Assembly: GCA_040386275.1 (NCBI GenBank)
Contig: JAZKFU010000008.1
Span: 6,853 to 70,852 of the forward strand
From: Patescibacteria group bacterium
GTDB taxonomy: Bacteria > Patescibacteriota > Minisyncoccia > Phycocordibacterales > UBA918
DNA: 64,000 nucleotides
Direction of reading: 5' to 3'
In this document: piece by piece, positions 1 through 11,192 of the stretch
Position numbering within the stretch: the first letter of the stretch is position 1
How the letters are laid out: the number at the start of each line of letters is the position of its first letter
Made by a program: the position numbers and the translations under genes
The notes under the pieces: generated by a model
Told to the model about the DNA's origin: nothing
Databases searched by the model: none
What the model saw: the letters and a program-made list of their open reading frames with translations, nothing else

Positions 1-843
1 CTCGCCATTCAAAAGTGGGGAAGCGAAGTCTTAGAACGCGTCGTCGTGATTACCGACGAAGGTTCTGTTTTTGCCGATACTGCTCAGACTAAAGGTATCG
101 CAGTACTAACCTTGCCGCCGATTATCGGTGGACGATTTTCAATGTTTACTGCCGTGGGTCTATTTCCCTTAGCGGCTTTAGGGGTATCAGTAACCGAGTT
201 ATTGAAGGGGGCCCAAGAAGTACGACGACAGAGTTTAAATCCTGACATTATGGTTAACCCGGCTGCACAGTCGGCGTTGGTAGCCTATCAGTGTTATCAG
301 CATGGGCAAATGGTGCATGATACCTTTGTGTTTAAACCCGAATTGGAGTCACTTGGTAAATGGTACCGCCAATTACTGGGAGAGAGTTTGGGAAAGACAG
401 TGGAAGGTGAAGGTGATACTGCACGGGTTGGGTTTGTTCCTACTGTGTCAGTAGGTTCAACTGATCTACATTCGGTCGCGCAATTATATCTCGGTGGTCC
501 GGCAAGAACGTTGACAACATTTATTCATTCAAATATAACAGCACATCCTCACACTAGTCCCGCCGAACGTGTTTTCCCAGAGCTGGCTCCGATGATAGCA
601 GGCAAAACGACCACCGAGATAATGGAGGCTATATTACAAGGGACTAAAACCGCCTACAATAATCAGTCATTGCCATTTATGGAAATTGTCTTTGATGATT
701 TGACCCCTTTTGAGCTAGGTGCCTTTATGCAATTTAAAATGATGGAAATAATGTACCTAGGGCGATTGTTCGGAGTCGATGCGTTTTCTCAGCCGGCGGT
801 GGAGTTGTATAAGGTAGAAACAAAGAAGTTGCTGGTAAGGTAA
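1..843 (+). CDS. pgi: glucose-6-phosphate isomerase, C-terminal part (5' end lies outside window)
   Basis: Reading frame open to the window edge; PGI signature PIIGGRFSMFTAVG and PGI-like C-terminal region. Confidence 0.8.
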   Translation, partial: LAIQKWGSEVLERVVVITDEGSVFADTAQTKGIAVLTLPPIIGGRFSMFTAVGLFPLAALGVSVTELLKGAQEVRRQSLNPDIMVNPAAQSALVAYQCYQHGQMVHDTFVFKPELESLGKWYRQLLGESLGKTVEGEGDTARVGFVPTVSVGSTDLHSVAQLYLGGPARTLTTFIHSNITAHPHTSPAERVFPELAPMIAGKTTTEIMEAILQGTKTAYNNQSLPFMEIVFDDLTPFELGAFMQFKMMEIMYLGRLFGVDAFSQPAVELYKVETKKLLVR

Positions 844-860
844 TAATAAAGTAATAACAA

Positions 861-887
861 AAAACCCCGGCAAACCGCAGGGGTTTT
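861..887. terminator. bidirectional hairpin AAAACCCC-N11-GGGGTTTT between convergent genes
   Basis: GC stem flanked by A/T runs immediately after pgi stop. Confidence 0.5.
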
Positions 888-894
888 CCGGAGA

Positions 895-1116
895 TTATGT
901 GACATCACCACGCCGTATTTCAAGGTGAAACACTCCGATTAGGAATGGTCCGCAGGCTATCACAAAGACAAAGTCAAGCACAATAGTTGATATATCCATC
1001 GCTTGCCCTCTTTTCTCACTGTAGGTTTTCAGTGAGTGGTACGCGAGCGGGATGGTATAGCATGTGCAGGCAACCCAGATTGCCAAAAGAACACTTAGAA
1101 AAATTGCCCAGTCCAT
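895..1116 (-). CDS. small hypothetical membrane protein (73 aa)
   Basis: ORF with two hydrophobic segments; no recognisable family. Confidence 0.3.
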   Translation of the reverse strand: MDWAIFLSVLLAIWVACTCYTIPLAYHSLKTYSEKRGQAMDISTIVLDFVFVIACGPFLIGVFHLEIRRGDVT

Positions 1117-1298
1117 TTTTTCGTCCCTTTTAACTAGCTGGTTTATTTCATTTAAAATAATAGCACAATTTTTTCAAATAGTCAATGTTTAGTAAATATT
1201 ATCGAAGCACTCATTTAATTTCTCCCCACAATATTAGGCTTTGATTATCAGCGTTTCTCTGGTATGATGCGGGCGCAACTGCAAAAGTTGCAAAAACG

Positions 1299-2084
1299 TT
1301 GATTTTTATGCTCGGAATTGCTACTGCGTACGCTGCTGAAGGCGGCATCCATGTTAAACTTGCTCCCTATATTGTGGGAGAGTTCCTTGGTGTGCCGATT
1401 ACCGCCACCATGCTCACCACCTGGCTTACGATGGCTATCTTGATTGGTTTGGCCTTTATGGTTAAAGCCAAAATTGCGACCGTACCCGGTAAATTGCAGA
1501 GTGTGTTTGAGCTCATGATTGGTGGGGTGTATGACTATATGAGTGATGTGCTTGAAAGTAAAAGCATGGCGCGGAAATATTTTCCGGTCATCATGACGAT
1601 TTTTTTGTTTGTGTTGGCGCTCAATTGGGTGGGGTTGTTACCCGGAGTAACTTCAATTGGACTCTATGAAGTACACGACGGCGCTGAACACTTTACACCC
1701 TTGTTATATCCAGCGGCGACTGACTTAAATATCACCATTGCTTTTGCGATTGTGGCGTTTTTCACCATTGAACTCGCGGGAGTGCTCGCGATTGGGTTGT
1801 TTAAATACACGGGCAAGTTTATTAATTTCAAATCACCGTTGGGGTTTGTGATTGGTATCATTGAATTAATTTCTGAATTGGCACGTCTGATTTCGTTTTC
1901 GTTCCGGTTGTTTGGAAATATCTTCGCCGGGAAAACGCTCTTGGTGGTCGTGATGTTTTTTGTGCCGTACATTGTACCGGTGCCACTGGTGGCGTTTGAA
2001 TTATTTGTGGGATTCATCCAGGCCTTTGTGTTTGCGATTTTGACCTTGTTCTTTATCAAGCTTGCCGTTGAAGCGCCACATTAG
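1299..2084 (+). CDS. atpB: F0F1 ATP synthase subunit a (TTG start)
   Basis: Polytopic membrane protein with subunit-a C-terminal helices (…FRLFGNIFAG…); first gene of the atp operon. Confidence 0.88.
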   Translation: MIFMLGIATAYAAEGGIHVKLAPYIVGEFLGVPITATMLTTWLTMAILIGLAFMVKAKIATVPGKLQSVFELMIGGVYDYMSDVLESKSMARKYFPVIMTIFLFVLALNWVGLLPGVTSIGLYEVHDGAEHFTPLLYPAATDLNITIAFAIVAFFTIELAGVLAIGLFKYTGKFINFKSPLGFVIGIIELISELARLISFSFRLFGNIFAGKTLLVVVMFFVPYIVPVPLVAFELFVGFIQAFVFAILTLFFIKLAVEAPH

Positions 2085-2182
2085 TAGATAGTCACGAGTT
2101 CCGTACATACTTCAATGTATAGGACGTAGCTCGTAGCTGTTTGGTAACACGCTAGAAGATTTATAAAAAAATAATTATATAA

Positions 2183-2446
<264 letters not shown>

Positions 2447-2464
2447 TCATTACAATATCACCCA

Positions 2465-2560
2465 GTCTACTGCGTTGTGCTGCAGTAAAATTATTTTCAC
2501 CGTACAAGGAGTACGGCTCAAACAATTTTCTTTGCACGCCTTGTATCTCGGGCAATCTTG
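2465..2560. repeat. intergenic hairpin repeat family member (CCGTAC-N5-GTACGG core)
   Basis: ctactgcgttg…cagtaaaat…caCCGTACaaggaGTACGGctc…attttctttg…cttgtatctc; the same architecture recurs at least 9 more times in the window. Confidence 0.7.
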
Positions 2561-2614
2561 TAAAGACTAGAGAAGTTAACGCCAGTTACATTAACTAGTA
2601 ATTAAATTAATAGC

Positions 2615-3064
2615 ATGGAAGAAATAATAAAAGCCTTCGGTATTGATGGTCGTCTGATCATCGTTCAAATCATCAACTTCGGGATTTTGATGGTGGCCTT
2701 GGTGTACTTCTTGTACAATCCGATTTTGAATCTCTTAGCCAGTCGCGAAGAGAAAATCGTGCAGGGTATCAAAGATGCTGAAGCCGCAGCAGCTGCTAAA
2801 GCCTCAGCCGATGCAGAGAAAAAAGTAATTTTAACTGACGCTCACAGTGAAGCGGCAGCGGTGAATGCGCGCGCTAAAGTGGCGGCTGACGCGACGGCAA
2901 GTGATATTCTCGCCAAAGCGCAAACTGACGCAGCAGCGGTGATTGCAGAAGCGGCAGTAAAGGCTGAACAATTAAAACTTCAAGCCGAACGTGATAGCGC
3001 TGCCGAGATTGCCAAAACTGCGATTCTTGCAGCCGAAAAAATTCTCACTCAAAAGAGTGCTTAA
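2615..3064 (+). CDS. atpF: ATP synthase subunit b
   Basis: N-terminal TM helix followed by a long Ala/Glu/Lys-rich helix; operon position. Confidence 0.8.
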   Translation: MEEIIKAFGIDGRLIIVQIINFGILMVALVYFLYNPILNLLASREEKIVQGIKDAEAAAAAKASADAEKKVILTDAHSEAAAVNARAKVAADATASDILAKAQTDAAAVIAEAAVKAEQLKLQAERDSAAEIAKTAILAAEKILTQKSA

Positions 3065-3070
3065 TAATTT

Positions 3071-3454
3071 ATGAAAGATACCTACGTTCACGCAGTGTTA
3101 GAACTTATTCAAGCCGGGCAACCGATTGAGACAGTTTTAACAAACCTTAAAAAGGTGCTGGCAACACGAGGTCATCTAAAATTACACGGTTCTATCTTGA
3201 ATGCGGTAATGACACAGTTAGAAGCAGCTCTCGCAAGTGAAGTGCCAACAGTAGTGCTCGCACGCGAAGGCGCAGTGACGGATGCCGCGATTAAAAATGC
3301 CCTAGCACAGCTCGGAGCTTCAGATGCTGACTATCGAGTGTCATATAATCCAAATATTATTGGCGGGCTTATCGCAACGTACAAGAGTAAACAGCTTGAT
3401 CAAAGTTACCAAACAAAGTTACGAGAATTATACCAATCCATTATTACCGCCTAA
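3071..3454 (+). CDS. atpH: ATP synthase subunit delta (short, 127 aa)
   Basis: Operon position between atpF and atpA; C-terminus IIGGLIATYKSKQLDQSYQTKLRELY resembles OSCP/delta. Confidence 0.6.
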   Translation: MKDTYVHAVLELIQAGQPIETVLTNLKKVLATRGHLKLHGSILNAVMTQLEAALASEVPTVVLAREGAVTDAAIKNALAQLGASDADYRVSYNPNIIGGLIATYKSKQLDQSYQTKLRELYQSIITA

Positions 3455-3471
3455 TTATTATCAAAACCACT

Positions 3472-5037
3472 ATGAGCACCACTATTATTGATCGCATTAA
3501 AAAAGAAATTGAAGCCCTAGACGTGGCTGTTGCTCCCAAAGAAATGGGGGTAGTGACTGCAGTCTCTGACGGAATCATTGAAATCACCGGCCTGACGAGT
3601 GCTCGGATGATGGAGATGGTTGTCTTTGGTGTCGGTGAAGGAGCAACGCTTGAAACTGCGCTCAAGCAAACGACTGTGCTGTATGGTTTGGTATTAAATC
3701 TTGAAGAGGATGTGGTGAAGGTGGTGGTCTTGGGTGAAAGTGCGGGCATTCGTGAAGGAATGACCGTGTTTCGTACAAACACCTTGCTTTCAGTACCTGT
3801 AGGTGACGGTATTGTGGGGCGGGTAGTTAATGCGCTTGGTGAAATGATTGATGGTAAAGGTGCTATTACGACAGATAAGAATATGCCGATTGAACGTGTA
3901 GCCTACGGTGTAATGGATCGCTCGTCGGTAAATGAACCGATTCACACGGGAATTAAAGCGATTGACGCGATGATTCCCATCGGACGTGGACAGCGCGAAC
4001 TTATTATTGGTGACCGCGGTACTGGGAAAACAACCATTGCAATTGATACTATCATCAACCAAAAGTACGAACCAAAAGAGAAACGACCAATTTGTATTTA
4101 CGTAGCAATTGGACAGAAGCGTTCTAAAACAGCGAACATCATGGCCCAGCTTGAAAAAGCCGGTGCGATGGAATACACAACGATTATCGCAACGAGTGCG
4201 TCTGAAGCCTCACCGCTACTTTTCCTTGCTCCGTTTACCGGTATGGCGATTGGTGAATACTTTATGGAACAAGGTCGGGATGTCGTTATTATTCTCGACG
4301 ATTTAAGTAAGCACGCGGTCGCGTACCGACAAATGTCACTCTTGCTCCGTCGTCCTCCAGGACGTGAAGCGTATCCAGGAGACATCTTTTACCTACACTC
4401 ACGTTTACTCGAACGATCAGCAAAGTTGTCTGCTGAACTCGGTGGGGGATCTATTACCGCCTTGCCGATTATTGAAACGCAAGAAGGTGACGTATCTGCG
4501 TATATTCCAACCAACGTAATTTCTATTACCGATGGTCAGATTTTCCTCGAGACTGATTTGTTTAACAAAGGAATTCGTCCAGCGCTTAACGTCGGTATCT
4601 CGGTATCTCGGGTAGGTTCTAGTGCACAAACTAAAGCCATGAAAGCCGTAGCCGGAAAGATTCGTCTTGAACTCGCACAATTCCGAGAGCTCGAAGCCTT
4701 TATGCAATTTGCGTCTGACCTGGATGCTGATACTAAAGCGCGGATTGATAGTGGTCGCAAGTATGTCGAGATGTTGAAGCAAACGCAAAACAACCCGATG
4801 CCGTTCTACAAACAAGTAATTTCAATTTATGGAGCTAACACTGGACTCTTCGACGGCGCTGATCCAAAAAACGTACGCGCTATTGAAGATGCGTACCAAG
4901 CCTTTATCGAGCGAGATCGAAAAGCGACGCTTGATGCGGTAGAAAGTACGCGCGCCTTGTCAGACGAACTAAAAGCTGATCTCGACAAATCAATTGTAGA
5001 TTTCAAAGAAGCCAATAGTAACTTGTATATTGCGTAA
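3472..5037 (+). CDS. atpA: ATP synthase F1 alpha subunit
   Basis: Walker A GDRGTGKTTIAIDTIINQK and alpha-subunit signature regions. Confidence 0.95.
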   Translation: MSTTIIDRIKKEIEALDVAVAPKEMGVVTAVSDGIIEITGLTSARMMEMVVFGVGEGATLETALKQTTVLYGLVLNLEEDVVKVVVLGESAGIREGMTVFRTNTLLSVPVGDGIVGRVVNALGEMIDGKGAITTDKNMPIERVAYGVMDRSSVNEPIHTGIKAIDAMIPIGRGQRELIIGDRGTGKTTIAIDTIINQKYEPKEKRPICIYVAIGQKRSKTANIMAQLEKAGAMEYTTIIATSASEASPLLFLAPFTGMAIGEYFMEQGRDVVIILDDLSKHAVAYRQMSLLLRRPPGREAYPGDIFYLHSRLLERSAKLSAELGGGSITALPIIETQEGDVSAYIPTNVISITDGQIFLETDLFNKGIRPALNVGISVSRVGSSAQTKAMKAVAGKIRLELAQFRELEAFMQFASDLDADTKARIDSGRKYVEMLKQTQNNPMPFYKQVISIYGANTGLFDGADPKNVRAIEDAYQAFIERDRKATLDAVESTRALSDELKADLDKSIVDFKEANSNLYIA

Positions 5038-5076
5038 TATTTTCTCTCTTCAATATTCCATCTTCAATATCCTCTC

Positions 5077-5979
5077 ATGGCACTCAAACAAATTAAAAAC
5101 AAAATAATCTCCACCAAGAAAACCGGTAAAGTTACCAAGGCGATGGAGGCGGTGTCGGCGGTTAAAATGCGCAAGAGTCAGATGCGTGCGTTTGAAAGCC
5201 GTCCGTATGTTCGTACGGCCATGCGAATCCTTTCTCGACTCGCTGATTCACACGAAGGACTGGCTCATCCGCTCGCGCAAAAACGTGAACGGGGACGACG
5301 CTTGCTGATTATTGTTACCAGTGACAAAGGGTTAGCCGGGAGTGTAAACAGTGCGGTTTTAAAACGAGTAGATCACACGGTACTAGCTCATCCGGAAACA
5401 GATGTGGTGTGTATTGGTCGCAAGGCAAGTGAGTATGCCCAAAGACAAAACCTCAAAGTGCTCTATGAGCACACGAATGTCTCGGATGATATTTCTCTAG
5501 CCGAAGTGTCTGAGATTTCTACACTAGCCGTGAACCATTTTACGCAAGGTACCTATACCGGTGTTGACGTGGTGTATCAAAACTTCCTTTCTACCTTTGA
5601 ACAAGAGCCCGTGAAGCGTCAAGTATTACCTCTTGATACTGCAGAAATTATGACCATTATGGAAGGTATTAAGCCACGCGCCGGGGCAAAGATTCCCGTA
5701 GAGTCTCAAGCTACCGCACAAGAAACCTATACCGTCGAACCTTCAGCTGAAGCAGTATTAAATATCCTGATTCCTCAATTGGTTCAAGTGGTGGTCTATC
5801 ACGCGTTGTTGGAAAGTAAGGCGAGTGAACATAGTGCTCGAATGGTAGCAATGAAAAACGCCACTGATAAGAGTAAGGAGGTAACAAGGTTCCTCACGCT
5901 TAAATACAACAAAGCCCGTCAAGCAGCAATCACAGCCGAAGTAGCAGAGATAACCGGCGGTATGGAAGCAATGAAATAA
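5077..5979 (+). CDS. atpG: ATP synthase F1 gamma subunit
   Basis: MALKQIKNKIISTKKTGKVTKAMEAVSAVKMRK N-terminus and conserved C-terminal helix (ITAEVAEITGG). Confidence 0.9.
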   Translation: MALKQIKNKIISTKKTGKVTKAMEAVSAVKMRKSQMRAFESRPYVRTAMRILSRLADSHEGLAHPLAQKRERGRRLLIIVTSDKGLAGSVNSAVLKRVDHTVLAHPETDVVCIGRKASEYAQRQNLKVLYEHTNVSDDISLAEVSEISTLAVNHFTQGTYTGVDVVYQNFLSTFEQEPVKRQVLPLDTAEIMTIMEGIKPRAGAKIPVESQATAQETYTVEPSAEAVLNILIPQLVQVVVYHALLESKASEHSARMVAMKNATDKSKEVTRFLTLKYNKARQAAITAEVAEITGGMEAMK

Positions 5980-5994
5980 ATCCTCGATATGACT

Positions 5995-6095
5995 TCATTT
6001 GCTTTGTCAGACTGCAGTAAAATAAAACTCACCGTACAGAAAGTACGGCTCGCATTATTTTCTTTGTCTTTCGCGCAACTAAAGCCATCTCAAGA
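5995..6095. repeat. intergenic hairpin repeat family member
   Basis: ctgcagtaaaat…tcaCCGTACagaaaGTACGGctcgc…attttctttg… downstream of atpG. Confidence 0.7.
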
Positions 6096-6120
6096 ATTTA
6101 TAAGTTAAATTCTTTGGAAC

Positions 6121-6496
6121 GTCAGACAAGACGTTAAAATCAATCTTAATCTATGAAAACTACATTAAAGTTAATATGTCTATTTACTGTACTGTATGCA
6201 ACTTTGCTATTAATTTGGTATGTAGTTTTTGATTTGGTTGGAGTGTCTAGTAATTTTAATACTTTGTATATCTACACAATTCTATATTTACCGCCTACGA
6301 TTTTTATAATTCTATTTATTAGAGCTTTGATAAATAAAAGTAATGTAAAGTCCATAGGTATGTATGTCCTTGTGGGTTTAATCCTAGGTCTGGTAACAGC
6401 CGGTATCTATAATGTTACTCACGGGGGTTTTGGTCCTGAGTCTCTTGATTCAATATCAGACCCATCATAAGTTTGTCAGACAAGACGTTAAAATCA
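6121..6496. mobile_element. putative insertion within the atp operon: small ORF flanked by perfect 22-bp direct repeats (6121-6142 and 6475-6496)
   Basis: gtcagacaagacgttaaaatca occurs identically on both sides of ORF 6153-6470; the segment is markedly AT-rich and splits atpG from atpD by about 600 bp. Confidence 0.4.
6153..6470 (+). CDS. hypothetical small membrane protein (105 aa, 3 predicted TM segments), AT-rich codon usage
   Basis: ORF with three hydrophobic segments, compositionally distinct from neighbouring atp genes. Confidence 0.45.
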   Translation: MKTTLKLICLFTVLYATLLLIWYVVFDLVGVSSNFNTLYIYTILYLPPTIFIILFIRALINKSNVKSIGMYVLVGLILGLVTAGIYNVTHGGFGPESLDSISDPS

Positions 6497-6555
6497 TAAG
6501 TACTTTTAAGTAGTGAGTATCTAAAATTTAGACTTTCACTACTCAGTGGTACTGA

Positions 6556-7953
<1,398 letters not shown>

Positions 7954-7956
7954 TCT

Positions 7957-8202
7957 ATGGCAAAACTGTTACAACTCTCTATATCTAAAGTTGATGCGTC
8001 GGTCTTTGATGGTCCGGTTGTTTCGGTGACGGTACCGGGGACAGAAGGGGAGATGACTATTTTGGCGGACCACACTGCTCTTATATCAGTGTTAAAACCG
8101 GGAGTGATTACCCTAATAGCCGAAGGGGGTGCTACACAGACTTTTGAAACTGCCGGAGGTACTCTGGAAATCAGTAACAATCACGCAACGGTATTAATTT
8201 AA
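7957..8202 (+). CDS. atpC: ATP synthase epsilon subunit, N-terminal beta-sandwich domain only (81 aa)
   Basis: 4 bp after atpD; sequence resembles epsilon N-domain; no C-terminal helical hairpin is encoded. Confidence 0.75.
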   Translation: MAKLLQLSISKVDASVFDGPVVSVTVPGTEGEMTILADHTALISVLKPGVITLIAEGGATQTFETAGGTLEISNNHATVLI

Positions 8203-8266
8203 CAGCACTATTAATTGGAGGGAAACTAAGCCTACCTCAAACACTATACCCAATTAGATTTTAGGT

Positions 8267-8295
8267 AAAACCTTCCATTCGAATGGAATGTTTTT
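8267..8295 (+). terminator. rho-independent terminator after atp operon
   Basis: aaaaCCTTCCATTCgAATGGAAtgttttt perfect hairpin plus T-run. Confidence 0.6.
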
Positions 8296-8347
8296 ACTTT
8301 GAAATTTTTCTATTAAACTCTGCGTAGTAAGAGTATAATTACAATAT

Positions 8348-8977
8348 ATGGATAAAAACCAAGTTACGATGATTGCAGTGGGAGCGGGTATTGTTGGTTT
8401 GCTCGTGGGTATGGCTGTTACTTCACTCGGTGATGCAGGGCGAGGAGGTAATCGCGAAAAGCATGAAGATAAAATGGGCATGATGGAACACCGTGATGAT
8501 GAAATGGGGATGGATCACTCTGGTATGGCGATGGAAAGTAACCGTGTAGAGAGCGAACGGGAATTTATTACCGAAATGATTCCACATCATGAAGAAGCGA
8601 TAAAAAGCGCCCAAGAAGTATTAGTGCGAGGCGGAACCACGCCCGAAATCAGAGCCTTAGCCCAAAATATTATTACCACGCAACAGGTTGAGGTAGATAG
8701 TATGAAAGCTATGTTTAAAGACTGGTATGGTGCTGACTATAAACCAGAAGGTAACTATGAAGCCATGATGCGCGATGTGCGTAGTCTCTCGGGAGTGGAA
8801 CTTGATAAAGCATTTTTGACCGACATGATTATGCATCACGAAATGGCTATTACTATGTCTAATGACGTGACCCCACACCTCGTCCATGAAGAACTAAAGA
8901 CGCTTTCAACGAATATCAAAACGACGCAAACCACTGAGTTAGAAACCATGAAAAAGCTCTTGGAAACCCTTAACTAA
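8348..8977 (+). CDS. DUF305 family metal-binding protein with His/Met-rich N-terminal linker
   Basis: N-terminal TM segment; two copies of the DUF305 MIPHHEEAI / MIMHHEMAI motifs. Confidence 0.7.
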   Translation: MDKNQVTMIAVGAGIVGLLVGMAVTSLGDAGRGGNREKHEDKMGMMEHRDDEMGMDHSGMAMESNRVESEREFITEMIPHHEEAIKSAQEVLVRGGTTPEIRALAQNIITTQQVEVDSMKAMFKDWYGADYKPEGNYEAMMRDVRSLSGVELDKAFLTDMIMHHEMAITMSNDVTPHLVHEELKTLSTNIKTTQTTELETMKKLLETLN

Positions 8978-9030
8978 CTATTTTTAAAAAAATGCTATAC
9001 TCCCCATACCATCTATAGAGGAGATGACAC

Positions 9031-9219
9031 GTGAAATTGTTCCTAAGTACTTTCCTGACGTTGGCAATCCAGACAGCGTCAGCACAGGCTTCATGTCCGG
9101 AAGGGCATATCAGCTGTGAGGAAGCAGCGCGACTCAATGGCGCCGCCAAAATCATGGGTATGATGACCGGGACCTCAATACCCACCATCCTCAACTGCGA
9201 AGAAACCACCACTTCATAA
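9031..9219 (+). CDS. small secreted Cys-containing peptide (62 aa; GTG start, RBS agaggag)
   Basis: Signal-peptide-like N-terminus, four Cys residues, strong terminator directly downstream. Confidence 0.3.
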   Translation: MKLFLSTFLTLAIQTASAQASCPEGHISCEEAARLNGAAKIMGMMTGTSIPTILNCEETTTS

Positions 9220-9223
9220 CGAT

Positions 9224-9262
9224 AAGGGCGACCCCGGCATATGCCAGGTCGCCCTTATTTTA
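9224..9262 (+). terminator. rho-independent terminator
   Basis: aAGGGCGACCccggcatatgccaGGTCGCCCTTatttt. Confidence 0.65.
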
Positions 9263-9343
9263 TGTATTACTCAAAAGCCCAAGTACAACGTCCTGCTCGT
9301 ACTTATTAAATAATTTAAATTAACATTACACCACGAAATTTTG

Positions 9344-9368
9344 AAGGAGGAGGCAAGACCTCCTCCTT
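9344..9368. terminator. hairpin AAGGAGGAGG-caaga-CCTCCTCCTT downstream of mutM (minus strand)
   Basis: Perfect 10-bp stem; its 19-nt core gaggaggcaagacctcctc is identical to the terminator at 28059-28077. Confidence 0.5.
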
Positions 9369-9370
9369 GG

Positions 9371-10237
9371 TTATTTTTGGCAAGTAGGGCAGTAGTGGGT
9401 GCCGCGGCCAGCGCAACGGATTTTTACTATGAGGGTTTTACACCGGGGGCAGGGGGTGCCTTGTTTGCCAAAAACTTGCAGGTACTCGGTAAAGTTACCG
9501 ACGTTTCCATTGCTATCAATAAAGTGTTTGAAGGTCGTGCCACCTACCTTGATAGATTCATTCATGACGTCTCCGGCAGCTTTGGCGAGCAATTTAGCTT
9601 CTTTATTAGTCAGTGTATTGGCGAGGCGAGTAGGGGCTATTTTGGCTCGCCAGAGGGCTTCGTCAACGTAGATGTTGCCGAGTCCGGCTACAAACGATTG
9701 ATTGAGTAAGGCGGCTTTGATAGGAGTTTTTCGGCGTTTAAGCGCAGTAGTGAACCAAGTTGTATCAAACTCACTATGAATTGGCTCTGGCCCATATTTT
9801 TCTTTTATCTTTTCTAGTTCCTCGTTGTTTACAATTTTAAGATAGCCAAATAAGCGCATGTCATTAAAATACATTGTGCCACTCGTGCCAAAATGTATCG
9901 CCAGGCGCGTGTGTTTGTGGGGAAACCCTGACCCATCACCATCAGACATTGAATGTCCACCTCCGATGACTGCACCTTTAGTATCAACAAAGAAAAACTG
10001 TCCGGTCATTTTGAGGTGTCCCAGCATAAATGTATCCGGTTGCTTAGCAAAGCAAAATATGAGCAACTTACCAACTCGGTCAATGTGATCGATGGTCAGG
10101 CCAACTATTTTTTTGGAAAATTGTGTATCACTGGCGGTAGTTTTAGGATGGTACACCGTAACACCAGAAATGGTTTTACCGCGTAGTTTATGGAGTAGTT
10201 GTAACCGTACAGTTTCGACTTCGGGGAGTTCGGGCAT
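9371..10237 (-). CDS. mutM: formamidopyrimidine-DNA glycosylase (Fpg/Nei family)
   Basis: N-terminal MPELPEVE catalytic motif and C-terminal CxxC…CxxC zinc finger (CPRCKTLIVKIRCAGRGTHYCPTCQK). Confidence 0.85.
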   Translation of the reverse strand: MPELPEVETVRLQLLHKLRGKTISGVTVYHPKTTASDTQFSKKIVGLTIDHIDRVGKLLIFCFAKQPDTFMLGHLKMTGQFFFVDTKGAVIGGGHSMSDGDGSGFPHKHTRLAIHFGTSGTMYFNDMRLFGYLKIVNNEELEKIKEKYGPEPIHSEFDTTWFTTALKRRKTPIKAALLNQSFVAGLGNIYVDEALWRAKIAPTRLANTLTNKEAKLLAKAAGDVMNESIKVGGTTFKHFIDSNGNVGNFTEYLQVFGKQGTPCPRCKTLIVKIRCAGRGTHYCPTCQK

Positions 10238-10315
10238 AATTACGCCATTTTACGTTAAATTTGTACAAAGCGCGATAATATTGTTTTTAAATAACGATAA
10301 CTGAGATAGAAAATA

Positions 10316-10594
10316 TTGACTTTTATATATAATTATGGTAATGTATTTCAGAAATCGCAAGCAGGAGAAAAAGAAATGTTTGTACTTGGAAGTTACAAGG
10401 GCAACATTCAGCTCGTAGAGGCTGATTTTCCCGGCGGCAATGTTGAGCCTGGCCAAAGGTTTGACCGTATGCCCACTACAGTTCTTGAAAAATGGCAAGT
10501 AATCAAGGCTTTCGACCATGAGAGCCAGCAGCGTCTCAAAGCATTGCAGGTTCTTATCGGGCACGTCGCCTTGTGCTCGCTGTTTGAAATTTAA
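10316..10594 (+). CDS. hypothetical protein (start may be ATG at 10376)
   Basis: ORF followed by two consecutive terminator hairpins (10600-10690). Confidence 0.35.
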   Translation: MTFIYNYGNVFQKSQAGEKEMFVLGSYKGNIQLVEADFPGGNVEPGQRFDRMPTTVLEKWQVIKAFDHESQQRLKALQVLIGHVALCSLFEI

Positions 10595-10656
10595 ATCAGG
10601 AGCATCGCAGATTGCTGGGGCAGCCTTGAGATTTTCAGGGCTGCTTTTTTTATATC

Positions 10657-10690
10657 AAAAATCCGGTCTTTCGACCGGATTTTTGTTAGC
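10657..10690. terminator. bidirectional terminator aaaaATCCGGTCtttcGACCGGATtttt
   Basis: Perfect hairpin flanked by A and T runs. Confidence 0.6.
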
Positions 10691-10923
10691 CTTCGCAACT
10701 GACACAGACAGATTCACTTGCCATGTGTATCCGCGGTTTAGTTGGAGCACTACTCGCGACTTCTGGTAAGTCAAAATCTACATTGAATGTGTTGTTTGCC
10801 ATATAAGACTATTTTACCATGTAGGAAAAATAGAAGTCTGACTGTAACTGTGTATAGAGACGTGATAGTGTTAGTTTTTGGTCGGTCAAGATACGCAATG
10901 TTTGGTTCGTCAAGATTAATGAG

Positions 10924-11109
10924 TTAATGAATGAGTTTAAAGGTGATATAAATTCCAATGAGTGCACCGATAGCGTTACCGATGAGGGCACTCATCGAAA
11001 ATGCTCCCGCATCCCACAACAGGCTTGGTACATACCCGCCAATTAAACCACCAATAAACATCCCGAAGTAAATCATGCGTTTTGATTCCATATCCTTGCA
11101 TCGTACCAC
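10924..11109 (-). CDS. small hypothetical membrane protein (Gly-rich TM helices)
   Basis: ORF with GxxxG-rich hydrophobic segments; hairpin downstream at 11110-11155. Confidence 0.3.
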   Translation of the reverse strand: MVRCKDMESKRMIYFGMFIGGLIGGYVPSLLWDAGAFSMSALIGNAIGALIGIYITFKLIH

Positions 11110-11192
11110 ACTAAAAAACCTCAGAATAAATCCTGAGGCCTTTTAGTGTGCTACTACGTCATAAGTTCGAGGCGAGACCTCGAACTTATATA

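Noticed and set aside
9341-10186. Plus-strand ORFs overlapping mutM (9341-9709, 9399-9671, 9858-10088, 9953-10186)
   Set aside because: Antisense to a strongly supported Fpg gene; no features of real genes.
10873-10914. Short direct repeat ttggt(c/t)(g/c)gtcaagat x2 upstream of ORF 10924-11109
   Set aside because: Only two 15-bp copies. Could be an operator, but there is no regulator context and it was not seen elsewhere.
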